The notes under the pieces are model-generated. The model worked only from the letters and a program-made list of their open reading frames with translations, had not been told where the DNA came from and did not search any database. The translations under genes were made by a program, and so were the position numbers. Below are positions 52,790 to 64,000 of a stretch of 64,000 nt of DNA, piece by piece. Numbering within the stretch: the stretch's first letter is position 1; each line of letters opens with the position of its first letter. Source of the stretch: Lama glama (Eukaryota); contig CM052816.1 in assembly GCA_028534125.1 (NCBI GenBank), positions 1,674,001 through 1,738,000 on the forward strand, in the 5' to 3' direction.

Positions 52790-53290
52790 CATTTCTCAAT
52801 GCAAGTGACAAAAATCCAATTAAAGTAAACTTTACCAGAAGGGGAATTCATTGGCTCATTGAACTGAAGAGTCCAGGAGTAAAACAACCTTCAGGTATGG
52901 CTTGATCCAAACGGTCATATGGTATCACCGGGAACTTATCTCTCTACTGTTTAGTTTTGTTTTCCTCTGTGTTGGCCTCATTTTCAGGTCAAGCCTCCCC
53001 TCAAGAGCTGATGGCCATCCATAATTTCAAGCATATATTCATGGAGTTTAGTGAGTCTGGTGAAAGGAGGGAGCCTCATTCTCAATTGTCCTGGCAAAAA
53101 TCCTGAGGCCGAGTCTCATTAGCCTGTCTTTAGTTAAGTTTTCATCCTTCAACCCAACATTGTAGACTGAGGGTAAAAACAACTCTAATTGGCTAAATAT
53201 TAGCCAAGTGTCCACCCATGGGAGGTGGGGGTGGGAGCAGAGTCAGCCCAACTATAACCACAAGAAATGAGAATGAAAGGGATGGATAAT
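52790..53290 (-). mobile_element. Old MLT1J-like LTR
   Basis: tgcaagtgacaaaaatccaa..ttcattggctcattgaactgaagagtccagg..ttcaggtatggcttgatcca. Confidence 0.65.
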
Positions 53291-53300
53291 AGGCAGGTAA

Positions 53301-53833
53301 TGAGGCAGGAAGCCCCACAAAAAGACCGGCAGGACCCCTAGGCAGGGCCGCTGCTCTCCTCTTAGCACCGTCTGGTTAACTTACACCTAGAATTCTATTG
53401 GTTCCCTGAGCTCACTTCTGATTGGTTATTTCCTTCACTCCTGATTGATTACTACTTTCACTCCTGATTGGTTATTACTCTCATTTCTGATTGGTCCACT
53501 TCCATAACTTCTGATTGGTCCATTTGTAGTACTTCATTTGTATGGAGCTCACTCCCAATTGGTCTATTTCTACAAAGCTTGTTCCTGGTTGGTCAACTTC
53601 TGTTGTATTTTATTTGCATATGATGTTGCAAAGTGTAAAACTGGCAGCCTATAAAAGGCCTGTGTAAACCTACAGACAGGGTCCAGAGCTTGAAGTGTTA
53701 ACTCCTCTGGGCCCGCTGGCATAATAAACCTGAGTTCTCCAACTCTCCGAGTGCTGCTTGGTCTCTCGCCCAGATCCAGGTTGCTGTCACAACTGAGCTG
53801 TAACACTGAGCTGTAACATATTTTTCCGCAACA
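53301..53833 (+). mobile_element. Young ERV1 (gamma-like) solo LTR, 533 bp
   Basis: TG..CA termini; 4-bp TSD GTAA (53297-53300, 53834-53837); TATAAAA 53650-53656; AATAAA 53723-53728. Confidence 0.92.
53390..53656 (+). promoter_or_regulatory. LTR U3 promoter: tandem inverted CCAAT (NF-Y-type) array, octamer, TATA
   Basis: ATTGG at 53397, 53421, (ATTGA 53444), 53467, 53490, 53514, 53558; ATTTGCAT 53612-53619; TATAAAA 53650. Confidence 0.75.
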
Positions 53834-56519
53834 GTAAAAGTTACCCAAGTCCAGCATGAGAGCAGTGTCTGATTCCTGGAGCAGAGGTGGCCAGGCCACA
53901 ATTGATTCTTCTCTAGGGAAGATGACCCTTTAGGATTTCCCTATACCCATAATTGAGTTAGGCAGGTTTGGAGACCCTAATGTTTTGGGTACTAACAAAA
54001 CAAAACAAACTTGGTCCTTTATAAACATAAAAGAATTTTACAAACATGAAAGAATTTGGGGTTGAAAAGGAGCTTATCGATCTTCCACTTCACCCACCTC
54101 ATTCTGACATTTTAAAAAATCAACTGAATTAACCATTTTGAGTTAGAAAAAAATCAATAAACCATGCATTACGCACACAAGTCTGTTGATGTCTGTGGAA
54201 ATAACACTAGAAGGTTTGGAGTCTTAGGCTCCAGTCCCAGAGGACGGAGGAAGGTCACTGAAGCTATGTGTCCCCACCTTCCTCCATCTAGTGATTTATG
54301 AGACTCTTTTCAGTGACATAATAGGGTCAGGACTATAACCCAAGTCCCCCAGCCTAGGGCTCTTTCTTTCATCTTTAAAATTCTTCGTGGGAGCATTTTC
54401 TTTACCTATCTTGGTCCTGCTTTCTTTGTTCTTAATTCTGGTTGTATTTTCCAGCAATCATTCAGCTAGCATTTATTGACTGTCCACCAAACATGTAAGG
54501 ATGATGGGAAGGTAATGATAAGTAAGACAGGGTTGGTGCCCTCAAATGTACAACTTGGATGTCCTCAAGTTTCTTGGAAAATGCCACTTTCCTGTCAACT
54601 CACCCTTTTGTGCCACATTTTCCCCTTCAGTCTCGATGGTGCAGCGTTCTCCCCGGCCTTTCTCATTCCTCTAAACCCCATCCTTCTCAGGGAAGTTATG
54701 TGGAGAAAGACCCACTCCCTTTCCCTGCTTTCCCGCCCCATGGGCCCAGAGTAACATTTCTCGAGACTCCTCCTGCACCACCTGACAGCATCCGTTAAAA
54801 TTTAACGGCAAGTGCTCAGCAAAATGATGATGAACTTCCCTGGCAATTCAAATCAGGTTATTGGGCACCATCTGCCTTCCTTCAAATTAGTGGGAAGAAG
54901 GAATGGATCTTTGGGGCTTTGCTTATTTTTAGATTATTGCAAAAGAACCCAGAGTGCTGCCTCTTGATCACGTAAATTCCCACTGCAAATGAGGCTGAAA
55001 TATCATGGGAGACCATAAGTGACTGTAAACATCTCAATTCGCATGCAGTAGTTATGGGGAAAGCAGAGTAAAGTGTTCCTGTCTCCCCTGGTCTTCATCC
55101 TGTCATCCTCCCACCACCCACCCCACCCCGAGACATACTGGGGGAAAAGCAAACAGACTTGTAACTCCAAGGAGGTAGCTAATTAAGACTACATAACAGG
55201 AGTGCAGCTAACACACCCCATCTCTTCTGTAGCCCATATCAAATTCAGGCCAAGTGAGTGGCTGTATTTCACCTTCCATCTTAGTTTCTAAAGCAGTCAG
55301 AACTCCAGAGAAGAATCCCTCTGGAACATGCTAGGAACCCTATCCTTCTAGTTTGGACTTAACTGTAGACAGAAGGATGATTCCATACAAGTCAGGGAGG
55401 GGAATGAGCCCCATGGTTCCCAGATTTGAGTAAGTACATGACTCCTGCGGGACATTGTTAAAAAGGCAGATCCGAAGGCCCATTCCCAGAGACACAATTT
55501 AATGTATCAGGATTGGGGCAGAGAATTTAATTTTAACAAAACTCTTCGATAATTCTGATGCAGGAAACTATTCTGGGGGCTGACCTCGAGAAGTTCTCTC
55601 CATGTCGTGCACTTTCCCTAGGCTATCTTTCTAAAACTCTCTTCCTAATAGGCATTAGCTCTAGACGCCTCTAGTGAAAAAGCAAACAGTTTCCCCAGGA
55701 GATGAACCGATAACTCACTAACAGTGCTGTTGCATCAGCACAGATTCATGAGCAGATAGATGCCCCGCACTTAGAGGCACAGGCACAGGGCTGACCAGGA
55801 TTAATAAGCTAGAAAGGCCTGAACGTGGGCCTCCTGAGAGCAAAAACATAGGGGAGAAATGGGGAGGTTGGGGGAGAGAGATGAAGTCACTGGATCCCAA
55901 GGGGTTTGGAGGCAAGGAAGGAGCACTACCAGGAAAAGAAAAACGGAGAGTGTCGGAGAGCTGGAAAGGTCGTGGAAAAGGATGAGGCAATTACACGCAT
56001 AACCTACGCTACCCTTCAGTGTTTTCTAGAGAATATTTTCCAGGGTGGAAGAAACACCAGAGCATTTGATTTTCCCATTCTCAACACTGGAACAGGAATT
56101 TGGGCGAGGCAGGGGGATGTCTATATTAGCAATACTCACATTGATACACTAATAAATTATCTTATTACTCTACCTTCTTTTGTTTGCACATTATAAAGTA
56201 TAAAAACGAATTTGACAATTTCTGGCAATAATTTCTCACGTGAGGGCATTTTGTGCAATCTACTTTATTTAGTGCAATCGTGCATTCTATTTTACAAGCT
56301 CCCACTGAGGTTCTGTCAGAACCTCATAATTATAAAATTATTTTGTTAAATAAGCTTGGGAAATGCTGAAATCTGAACTCCTCAGTTACTATTCAGGTTT
56401 TCTTATTTGTATACATCCCGTCACGGGAAACTCTGTTCCACCAGCAGTGACAGCTCGGTTTGTGTTGGAAAGCTCCGTGAGTGGAGCATTCTTCCTTATG
56501 TGTCTAAACATCATAATTA

Positions 56520-56650
56520 GTGGTCGGTTTGTGAAACACAGGTTTCTGCCTCAGTAGGCCTGGGGTGGGGCTGAGAATGTGGGCCTGGGACAAATCCCCA
56601 AGTGCTGCTGGTGTGCTGGTCCAGGGCCACACTTGACAATCACTGGCCTA
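56520..56650. mobile_element. MER5A-like MITE fragment
   Basis: tcagtaggcctggggtggggctgagaat..gctggtccagggccacacttgacaatcactgg. Confidence 0.7.
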
Positions 56651-58944
56651 ACGCCATCTACCTCCCTCTAATTTCCACTTTTTCTTCCCTACTTCTGATT
56701 CCAGAATGACCAAGCAAGTCTAATTCCTTTTTCACCATGAAGAACTTCAAACACGTATCTTCCCACTGCAACATAAACACCACCATAGTAAAGACTGAGT
56801 CCACAGCGTTTTCCTTGCTTCATTCCCAGTGGCTCAAACAATGCTGGCAACTTAGTACACATGCAAGAACGAGCTACTGATTGCCTGGCACGTAGTAAAT
56901 GCTATATAATTGTTGCTCATTAGTCTTATTACTTCTGAGGAATGAAAATCTCCTAAGATAGACCTTTCTTCTAGAGAAGTTATAAATGTGCCCTGGCCGT
57001 CTTCTATGTCTCCAGACCTCAGCAGGGACTAAAATCAGAGTGTACGTTTGCCTAGGGTAAGGGGTTTCTAAAATTTTCCAGGATGTGTGTTACTCTCCAT
57101 CTCTTTAAAGAATGGGCTCAGAAAAGGAATGAAGTGATGGACATTTTCAACAAAGGATTCTCTTATTCACTGGAGGGAAAAAAAAAAAAAGAACTTGGCA
57201 ATCAGATGGGAGATGGAAGAGTAGAACCAGTATCCCACAGGGGATGTGCTCCAGACATCCTGGTAGTAATTTACCTCCCATTAACACCCTGCAGCTGGAA
57301 AAGAGCAGAAAAGCAGTCATGCAAAGGACCTGGGGTGTAGGCAGCAGCTCTGACTCCTGGCCTTTCTGAGGGGAAAGAACCTCCACTTGGTCTCATCTGT
57401 CATTATTGGTCTTCCCACCTTAGGCCTGGTATTTCTCCATCAGTGATGAAGTTGGCTGCACCCTGCAGCTGGCCTCAGTGCTTCCCCAACCCAGTGCTTC
57501 TGTTTCAGGGACAAGAAATAAAAATGCTTTGAAATGAATAACTCTAAAAGCAACTCAATTTTGTCCTAATGCGTAAGTGGGGTATTTGAGGGTTGAATGA
57601 AAACCTTCCTTTTCAGAGCCCTTCCCAGGCTCAGGAACAAGTTATTACTAAGCCATCATAGGCGACTGCCTCAGCAAAGAGACAAAAACAGAATGAACTA
57701 TTGCTATAATTACAACTAATTACAATCCCATGATTCCATTTAATCGCCACATAAGAAGTTCACCAATCGGAGAACGCCATTGATCCTCTCTGCTGGAGCC
57801 AATTAGATATTTTGGTCCAATCCAGAATGGCTACCCAGCCTTTGCCAGAATGAAACTGTGTTCAGAATTTTATTTTTACAGCCTCTGAGGCATCCCAGAT
57901 TTTAACAGGACATTGGAAACCATCCACTTGTGGCACATCTGCTCTAACAAGATCTGCGTATTTCAAAAATCATTAAAAAGTTAATAGTGAAACCTATGTT
58001 AACTTTCTCTTTCTTTCTGATGACAAGTTGTTTTGCAATGTTTAAGCTTTTAGATTTCTTTTAGGAAAATGAAAATGATTCCTTAATATTTTAAAATTTT
58101 GGTCCAGATAGTCTAGGAGAGAAGGGATTGTAAGTGACATCTCAATTTCAGGCATCCTATTAGTCAGGGGGATTTAGTTTCCAATGACGACTCTTCTGAT
58201 TTTCTAGTGGTGGACTGTTTGTTGTTTTCTGGGGTGTTGGAGAACTCCAGAAATCCTGCTTTCAGCTGCCCAGGGGTTTGCAGAGACTCCAGCTTTTCAC
58301 TGGCTGCAGTATCCCTGAGCCTCAAGAAATCATGGGAGGCAGTGGGCCCTTTACCATTTACCTGCCCTGCAACCTGAAGCAAGTTATTTATCCCCTCAGA
58401 ACCTCCACTTTCTTGGGGTATAAAATGAATAAAATACTACTTGCCCAAAAATTTGATGTGAGGATGAGGGGTACAACATGGGCTGTTCTAGGGTTGGGTC
58501 TAGAGGCAGTGCCCCCCAAAAACTGTTTATCTGTTTATTCACCCAAAAGTTAAGCACAAGAACGAGCACACAATGTACGGGCCCTGCTTTCCTGTGTCTG
58601 TTGCAGTCTGGTGGAGAAAACAGACATGAGTCAAATAATTACTTAATTTAATTAAAAACAGAGATAAGCACAATGAAGGAGAATTGAAAGCAAGGGAGCT
58701 GCTAGTTAGGTAGGGATAGGGTCAGGGAGGAGGGTGGTCAGTGTGGAGAGTAGAGAAGACTGAGGAAGTGACACTAGAACCAAGATGTGGAAGATGGGGT
58801 GCTGAGCGAGAGCCTACTGGGGGGCAACATCAGCAGAGGAAGCCCTCGGAGAGAACCAGGAGGAAGCATGGCAGAGATGCAGCTGGATTAATCACTGGCA
58901 ATTTGACATAAATTATTGGCAAGCTTTCTCAAGTGACGCCACCG

Positions 58945-59630
58945 ACAGATGACTGGATAAAGAAGTTGTGGTGTATATATATATGTGTATGTGTGTACAG
59001 ATCCTCAGTCCCTTATATATACATATATATATATACACACACACACATATATATATATGCGCACAATGGAATACTACTCAGCCATAAAATAGAATGAAAT
59101 AATGCCATTTGCAGCAACATGGATGGACCTAGAGGTTATCATTCTAAGTGGAGTATGTAAGACAGAGAAAGACAAATATATGATATTACTTATATGTGGA
59201 ATCTAAAAAATAATACAAATGAACTTATTTACAAAACAGAAACAGACCCAAGAAAACAAACTCATTATTACCAAAGAGGAAAGGGGGTAGGAGAGAAATA
59301 AATTAAAGAGTTTGGGTTTAACAGATGCAAACTACTATATATAAAATAGATAAACAACAAGGTCCTATTGTATAGCACAGGAAACTATACTCAGTATCTT
59401 ATAATAACCTATAAAGGAAAAGAATATGAAAACTACATATATGTGTGTGTGTAGCAAATGTATGTGTGTGTGTATGTGTGTATATATATTATACATATAT
59501 ACATATATATATATAAAGAACACTGAATCACTTTGCTGTACACCTGAAACACAACATTGTAAATCAACCATACTTCAATTAAAAATTTTTAATTAAAAAT
59601 TTTTTTAAATTTGTTTAAATAAAATAAATG
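58945..59630 (+). mobile_element. 5'-truncated L1 3' end with expanded TA/CA microsatellites
   Basis: gacagatgactggataaagaagttgtggt..aatggaatactactcagccataaaa..gtaaatcaaccatacttcaattaaaa. Confidence 0.9.
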
Positions 59631-59931
59631 ACAAAATTTTACAAATGCCTTAAGAACAAACTTTTAACCTTGCTATGAAATAAGATTTACTGACAGGAAT
59701 ATGTCTTAATCCATTTCACTAATTTCTCTGAAGAGCTGCCTAATTTATGTGAAAGGGGAAAAAAGGAAAAACTATATACAGTTGTATAACTACATAATTA
59801 TATCCAGTAGAAAGATAACACAAAATGAATGATTATTATTCACTATAAATTATAAGAAGTGGACTTCGAGTTGATGAATGATCTAAGATAGAGGCTCACT
59901 GCTACTTATGTTATCCTAAGCAAGTCATTTA

Positions 59932-60251
59932 CAGTTGTCCTTTGGTATCCATAGGAGATTCGCTGCAGGACCTCATCACCCCCCAACCCATGTCAAACTC
60001 TGAGGATGCTCAGTCCCTTATATAAAATGGCATATTGTTTCCGTATAACCTACGCTATACTTAATCTCTAAATTACTTTAAATATTTAATACAATGTAAA
60101 TACTATGTAAATAGCTGTAAATACAATGTAAATGCTATGTAAATTCAAGTCTTGCTTTTTGGAACTTTCTGGAGTTTTTTTTTTCAAATATTTCTGACCT
60201 GCAGTTAGTTGAATCCGAGGATTCAGAACCTGCAGATATGGCGGGCAATTG
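59932..60251 (+). mobile_element. MER2-like TcMar-Tigger MITE
   Basis: TA|cagttgtcctttggtatcc..gatgctcagtcccttatataaaatgg..cagatatggcgggcaattg|TA. Confidence 0.88.
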
Positions 60252-61447
60252 TATTTAGGGTGTTCTCTGTGCCAGGCACTGTGCTAAGTGCTTCCACAAC
60301 ATACATCATTGAATTTTCACAGCCACCCAGTGAGCTACCCAATGTCCTCCTCCTTTTCCTCCTCCTCCTCATCTCCACTTTACAGAAGAGACAGACTTAG
60401 AAAAATTTAATATATCCAGTTTTACATAGGTAGTAAATAGCAAAGTTGGGATTTTAATCCTAGCAACTAGCCAAATCTGCATTCTGAAAACCACAGTACA
60501 AATCGTTTGCTCTGTCCAGCTTGGAAGGTGGTTGTGAAGATGAAACAGTCAGGAATGTCCTTTGTAAAAATCCCCACAAGACCCCACACCAACAGGCTGC
60601 CAGGATAAACATCTCTGCTTTCCTGCCTTGAAACCCAACCCATTTCAGGTTTGCCCCAACTTTATTCCAACTGTCCAAGCTGGGACCTCAGAAGATTTCT
60701 TTTTCAGCACAGTGCTTCACCTGAGCCCAGGGGTCCACTGAACCTGTTTGCAAAGTATTACATGGATGTTCACATGTGCAGTTTTCTTGAAGTTGGTTAC
60801 CCAAAATGTTTATGAACTTCTGGGAACAGGAACATTCTCACTAAATTCTGATTCAGAGGAATTGATTCAGGATGATAAAGGACTGGGAGTTCAGGAAAAA
60901 ATTTTTAATTCTCTCCTGAAATCACCTGCTCACTAAATGCTTCAGGTGGGCCTGTAATGTGTGAATCTAGAGGTCTAGCCACAGTGGGGGCTCCCTTAAA
61001 AATTACTCCTGTTCATTTGCTTTCAAAAAAACTTCCTCACTTCTCTGTATAAATTTGCATATTTATGAGTTAAATAAACTTGCAGAAAAAAGAAGAGTCT
61101 AAAACACATTAAACTCTGAACTATCTAAATATTTCAAATTCTGTACAGTGTGTGCCAATAAATATTAAGGTTGCTTTAGCAGAGTTGCAATCAGTATGTA
61201 TTCTCCCCTTTGCACTGGTTTTTCACAAGTGGTATTTCACATAAACGTTTTCCTGTACAGGCATAGCCCACACACTTGTGATTTTAATAATCTGACAGTA
61301 TTCCATTCTATCAACATATCTTAAATGTATTTCAATTTAAAAAGGAAAAGAAAGAAGCCCTCAATTTTAGGTTCTCAACTCCTTGATTTTCACTTTAAGA
61401 TTTAAAAAAAGATACAGAAAATACTAATAATGTATCACGTAATGATT

Positions 61448-61680
61448 TCAGAGCATGGGCTTTGGAACTCAATAGATGTGTATTTGAATACTATTTCTGC
61501 CTCTTACAAGCTATGTGACCTTGAGCGAGTCACTTAAGCTCTCTGAGCCCCAGTATCCTCATTGTAAATTGGGGCTAATTGCAGTATCTTCCACTTCAAA
61601 TTGCTGCCAGATTAAGCTACATAATATGTTTGAAGTGTTTTGTGGAGTGCCTGGTACATGCTAAAAGCTTGGTAAGTGAG
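61448..61680 (+). mobile_element. MIR SINE
   Basis: agagcatgggctttggaactc..agctatgtgaccttgagcgagtcacttaagctctctgagccccagtatcctcat. Confidence 0.85.
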
Positions 61681-63205
61681 CGCTGTGGGCATAGAAGGCA
61701 GCAAGTAGAGAACAGGACCCATCCAAAGCATTTTCTTTAAGAGGGGCAAAACATATTTTTCCAAGGTCATAAGGAACAAAAATCTGGGGGAATAAGGAAG
61801 AGATAAATTGGTCACATGTTGGTATCGATTTACTGGCCAATTCCAAGTTTGGGTGTCTGAAACGAACATTTTCAGTTCTAAAATAAAGATGGCAACTTGG
61901 GGCTGGTGAGCATGAATAAATACAGCCAGAGAATAAATACACCCTGCGTGTCCCTGGCACCATGCATCTGTTCAGCCTCACTGTTTCCCACCTCCCTGCA
62001 AAGCAAATCTTTCCAAGCCAAGTCAGCCCTCCACCATCAAGATGGGTTTTCTGACACCTCCCCTGACCAAATGCTAGAATACGCAAGCCAGACAGAACCA
62101 CGGCAATTCTCTCTTGTCCAACTTACTCACTTCACAGATCAGAAAATGGGAGGCTTGAGCAAGGGAAACGAATTTACAAGCTTGCATAACTCCTGAAAGG
62201 CAAAACTGATGGAGAACTCAGTCCCTTCTAATCACCAGCCGAGGGACTTCCTAGTCAATCCTTTGTGTTCCACATTCATGATATTTTATTTAACCTTAGA
62301 CCGCCTTTATTAATACTCACTTAATTTTTAAATATTTGCTTCTTTTTTTGCTAAAAATAAATGTAAAAGGAAACTATATATCACATGTACTATTAGCAAA
62401 GGTTCAAGGGTTCAAGTTCAACCAAACTAAGACTCCATCAGGTGAAAACTCCATCAAGCTCTTCTCTTTGGGAATGAAAAAGAGTGAAACGGGGATGACC
62501 ACACTGGCTTGGTATGAGGGCTGTGAACCTGGGAAATGCCAACCTGCTTCCTCCTGCTTTGTTTTACCTTCTGGTGTCCCCTTACACTATTTTTCACCTG
62601 TCACTCACCTTGGTGAATGGTCCCTGGGGGCCTTTTGTATTTTGAGGTTGATTCTAAGCTCCCACAAAGCCGTCCACTTCTTTGCTTCCTTTTATTGTGC
62701 ACAGCTCTAGTCAAACCCTCAACACTCCTGCACAGTTAAATTGCTCATATTCCTGCTTGCAGCTAAATCTTGGCCGTGAGTTAGCCCTGCGTATGTGTAT
62801 TATCTTATTCCATCTTCAGCAGTACCTTTTTAAGCGGGCTATACTACCATTCCCATTTTAGAAATGGGGAAATTGAAGCACAGAGAAATGACTAAACTTG
62901 TCCAAGTCCTTAGCTAATAACTTGGAACTACCTGATTCCATAGTCTATGCTCTTGAGGATCGTGATACACTGCTTTTCAGCCTAACTTCTGTTCATTTAA
63001 TTTGCTTCAAAAATAGTTTCTAATTTTTTTCTTATGATTCCATCCATGGACTAAGAACATCAGGGCCTAGCAAAGAAGGATACAATTCAGTCCTTGTCCT
63101 TGAGTTTTATATGTCATTAATAAATTCATCAAGTACTTGCTGGCCTATTTTCAAGCTGCAATTTTGTTGAAAAACCAAGACATACATGTTAAAAGTGCAC
63201 GAATA

Positions 63206-63335
63206 GGAGGAAGGGTATAGCTCAAGTGGTAGAGCATGTGCTTAGCATGCAGGAGGTGCTGGGTTCCATTCCCAGTGCCTCCAGTAAAATAAATAAATAA
63301 ACCTAATTATCACCCCTCAAAAAAAACCCTAAATG
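63206..63335 (+). mobile_element. tRNA(Ala)-derived SINE, camelid vic-1-like
   Basis: A box tatagctcaagtggtagag, B box gggttccattccc, tail aaataaataaacctaattat; TSD aaagtgcacgaata (63192-63205) / aaagtgcataaata (63336-63349) after TT/AAAA. Confidence 0.88.
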
Positions 63336-64000
63336 AAAGTGCATAAATAAATAATAGAATCAAATACCAAAATGTACAGAGCAATTGGTAAGAGTTATGG
63401 GCAGGTCAGGAAGGAGATGTAGCACTGTGGCCTGGCCTTATTGAGGAAGGCTTCACAGAAGACATGGCCCTTGGAAAGAGGGAGGGCATTCCAGGTGAAA
63501 GGTTGGAGTGAGCAAATGGACAGAGGTTGCACCAGACATCAGGGCAACTGGAGGCTCCTTTTGTTAATATCTAATAAATTAACAACAACAGAGCAAACAA
63601 ACAGCCAAGCCACGGGGCAGCAGGGGCTTTTACTTCTTTGTTATGATTTTCAGGAATCAACTTTAATAAGCTCTATGAGAAAAAGCATCCTCCACTCTTA
63701 AGAGTGGCATTAGATCAAGGAAGAGGTTTCCTCAAAGATGGTTTAGATTTCAATTGTGTTCCTGACAAAGGTCTGCCACAGTCACGACCTAGATTATCAA
63801 CTCAGGGGAAGGAACCTTTCAGTCAGCCTCAACGCCTCAGAGGAAGGGAAAAAAATCTACCTGTTACGACTGTTCACCTCGGAAGACTTGAGACACACTG
63901 GCAAGGTAGGAGCTTAAGAAATAAGACTTGCTCCTTACAGTTAAGTTCTGAATGCTGTCAATAACTTAGGGCTGGCTCATTATGGACCTATTTCAGCTAA

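Noticed and set aside
53390..53600. CRISPR-like periodic repeat
   Set aside because: Eukaryotic context; the units are contiguous tandem repeats with no unique spacers, inside an LTR U3.
60088..60144. 32-bp-period duplication aatacaatgtaaat..
   Set aside because: Internal to the MER2-like element and probably a subfamily feature; no independent significance shown.
63210..63282. tRNA-Ala gene
   Set aside because: It has an AT-rich tail, a TSD and a degenerate B box/stems, so it is a SINE, not a tRNA gene.

Overview
Repeat-rich mammalian non-coding DNA, probably camelid (a tRNA-Ala-derived vic-1-like SINE at ~63.2 kb; I saw no Alu, Bov-tA, PRE-1 or Can-SINE). I found no intact host protein-coding gene, structural RNA gene or CRISPR array. 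The most notable object is a ~4.07 kb minus-strand retro-insertion (24340-28409) that splits an MLT1 LTR. It is bounded by a perfect 14-bp target-site duplication (TSD) and ends in AATAAA + poly(A). It carries an L1 ORF1 fragment, ~2 kb of ancient-repeat genomic DNA and an intronless, highly diverged, internally deleted cTAGE5/MIA2-like gene with one premature stop, consistent with L1-mediated transduction of a retrogene plus its upstream flank. Also present: a four-layer nest (L2 > near-full-length Tigger1 > L1 > L1 tail), a young ERV1-type solo LTR with a 23-24 bp periodic CCAAT array, several TSD-bounded L1 pieces, a 20-bp locally templated insertion, and many old MIR/L2/MLT/MER relics. Repeat family names and the cTAGE5 comparison come from remembered consensus/protein sequences, not database searches, and old-repeat boundaries are approximate.
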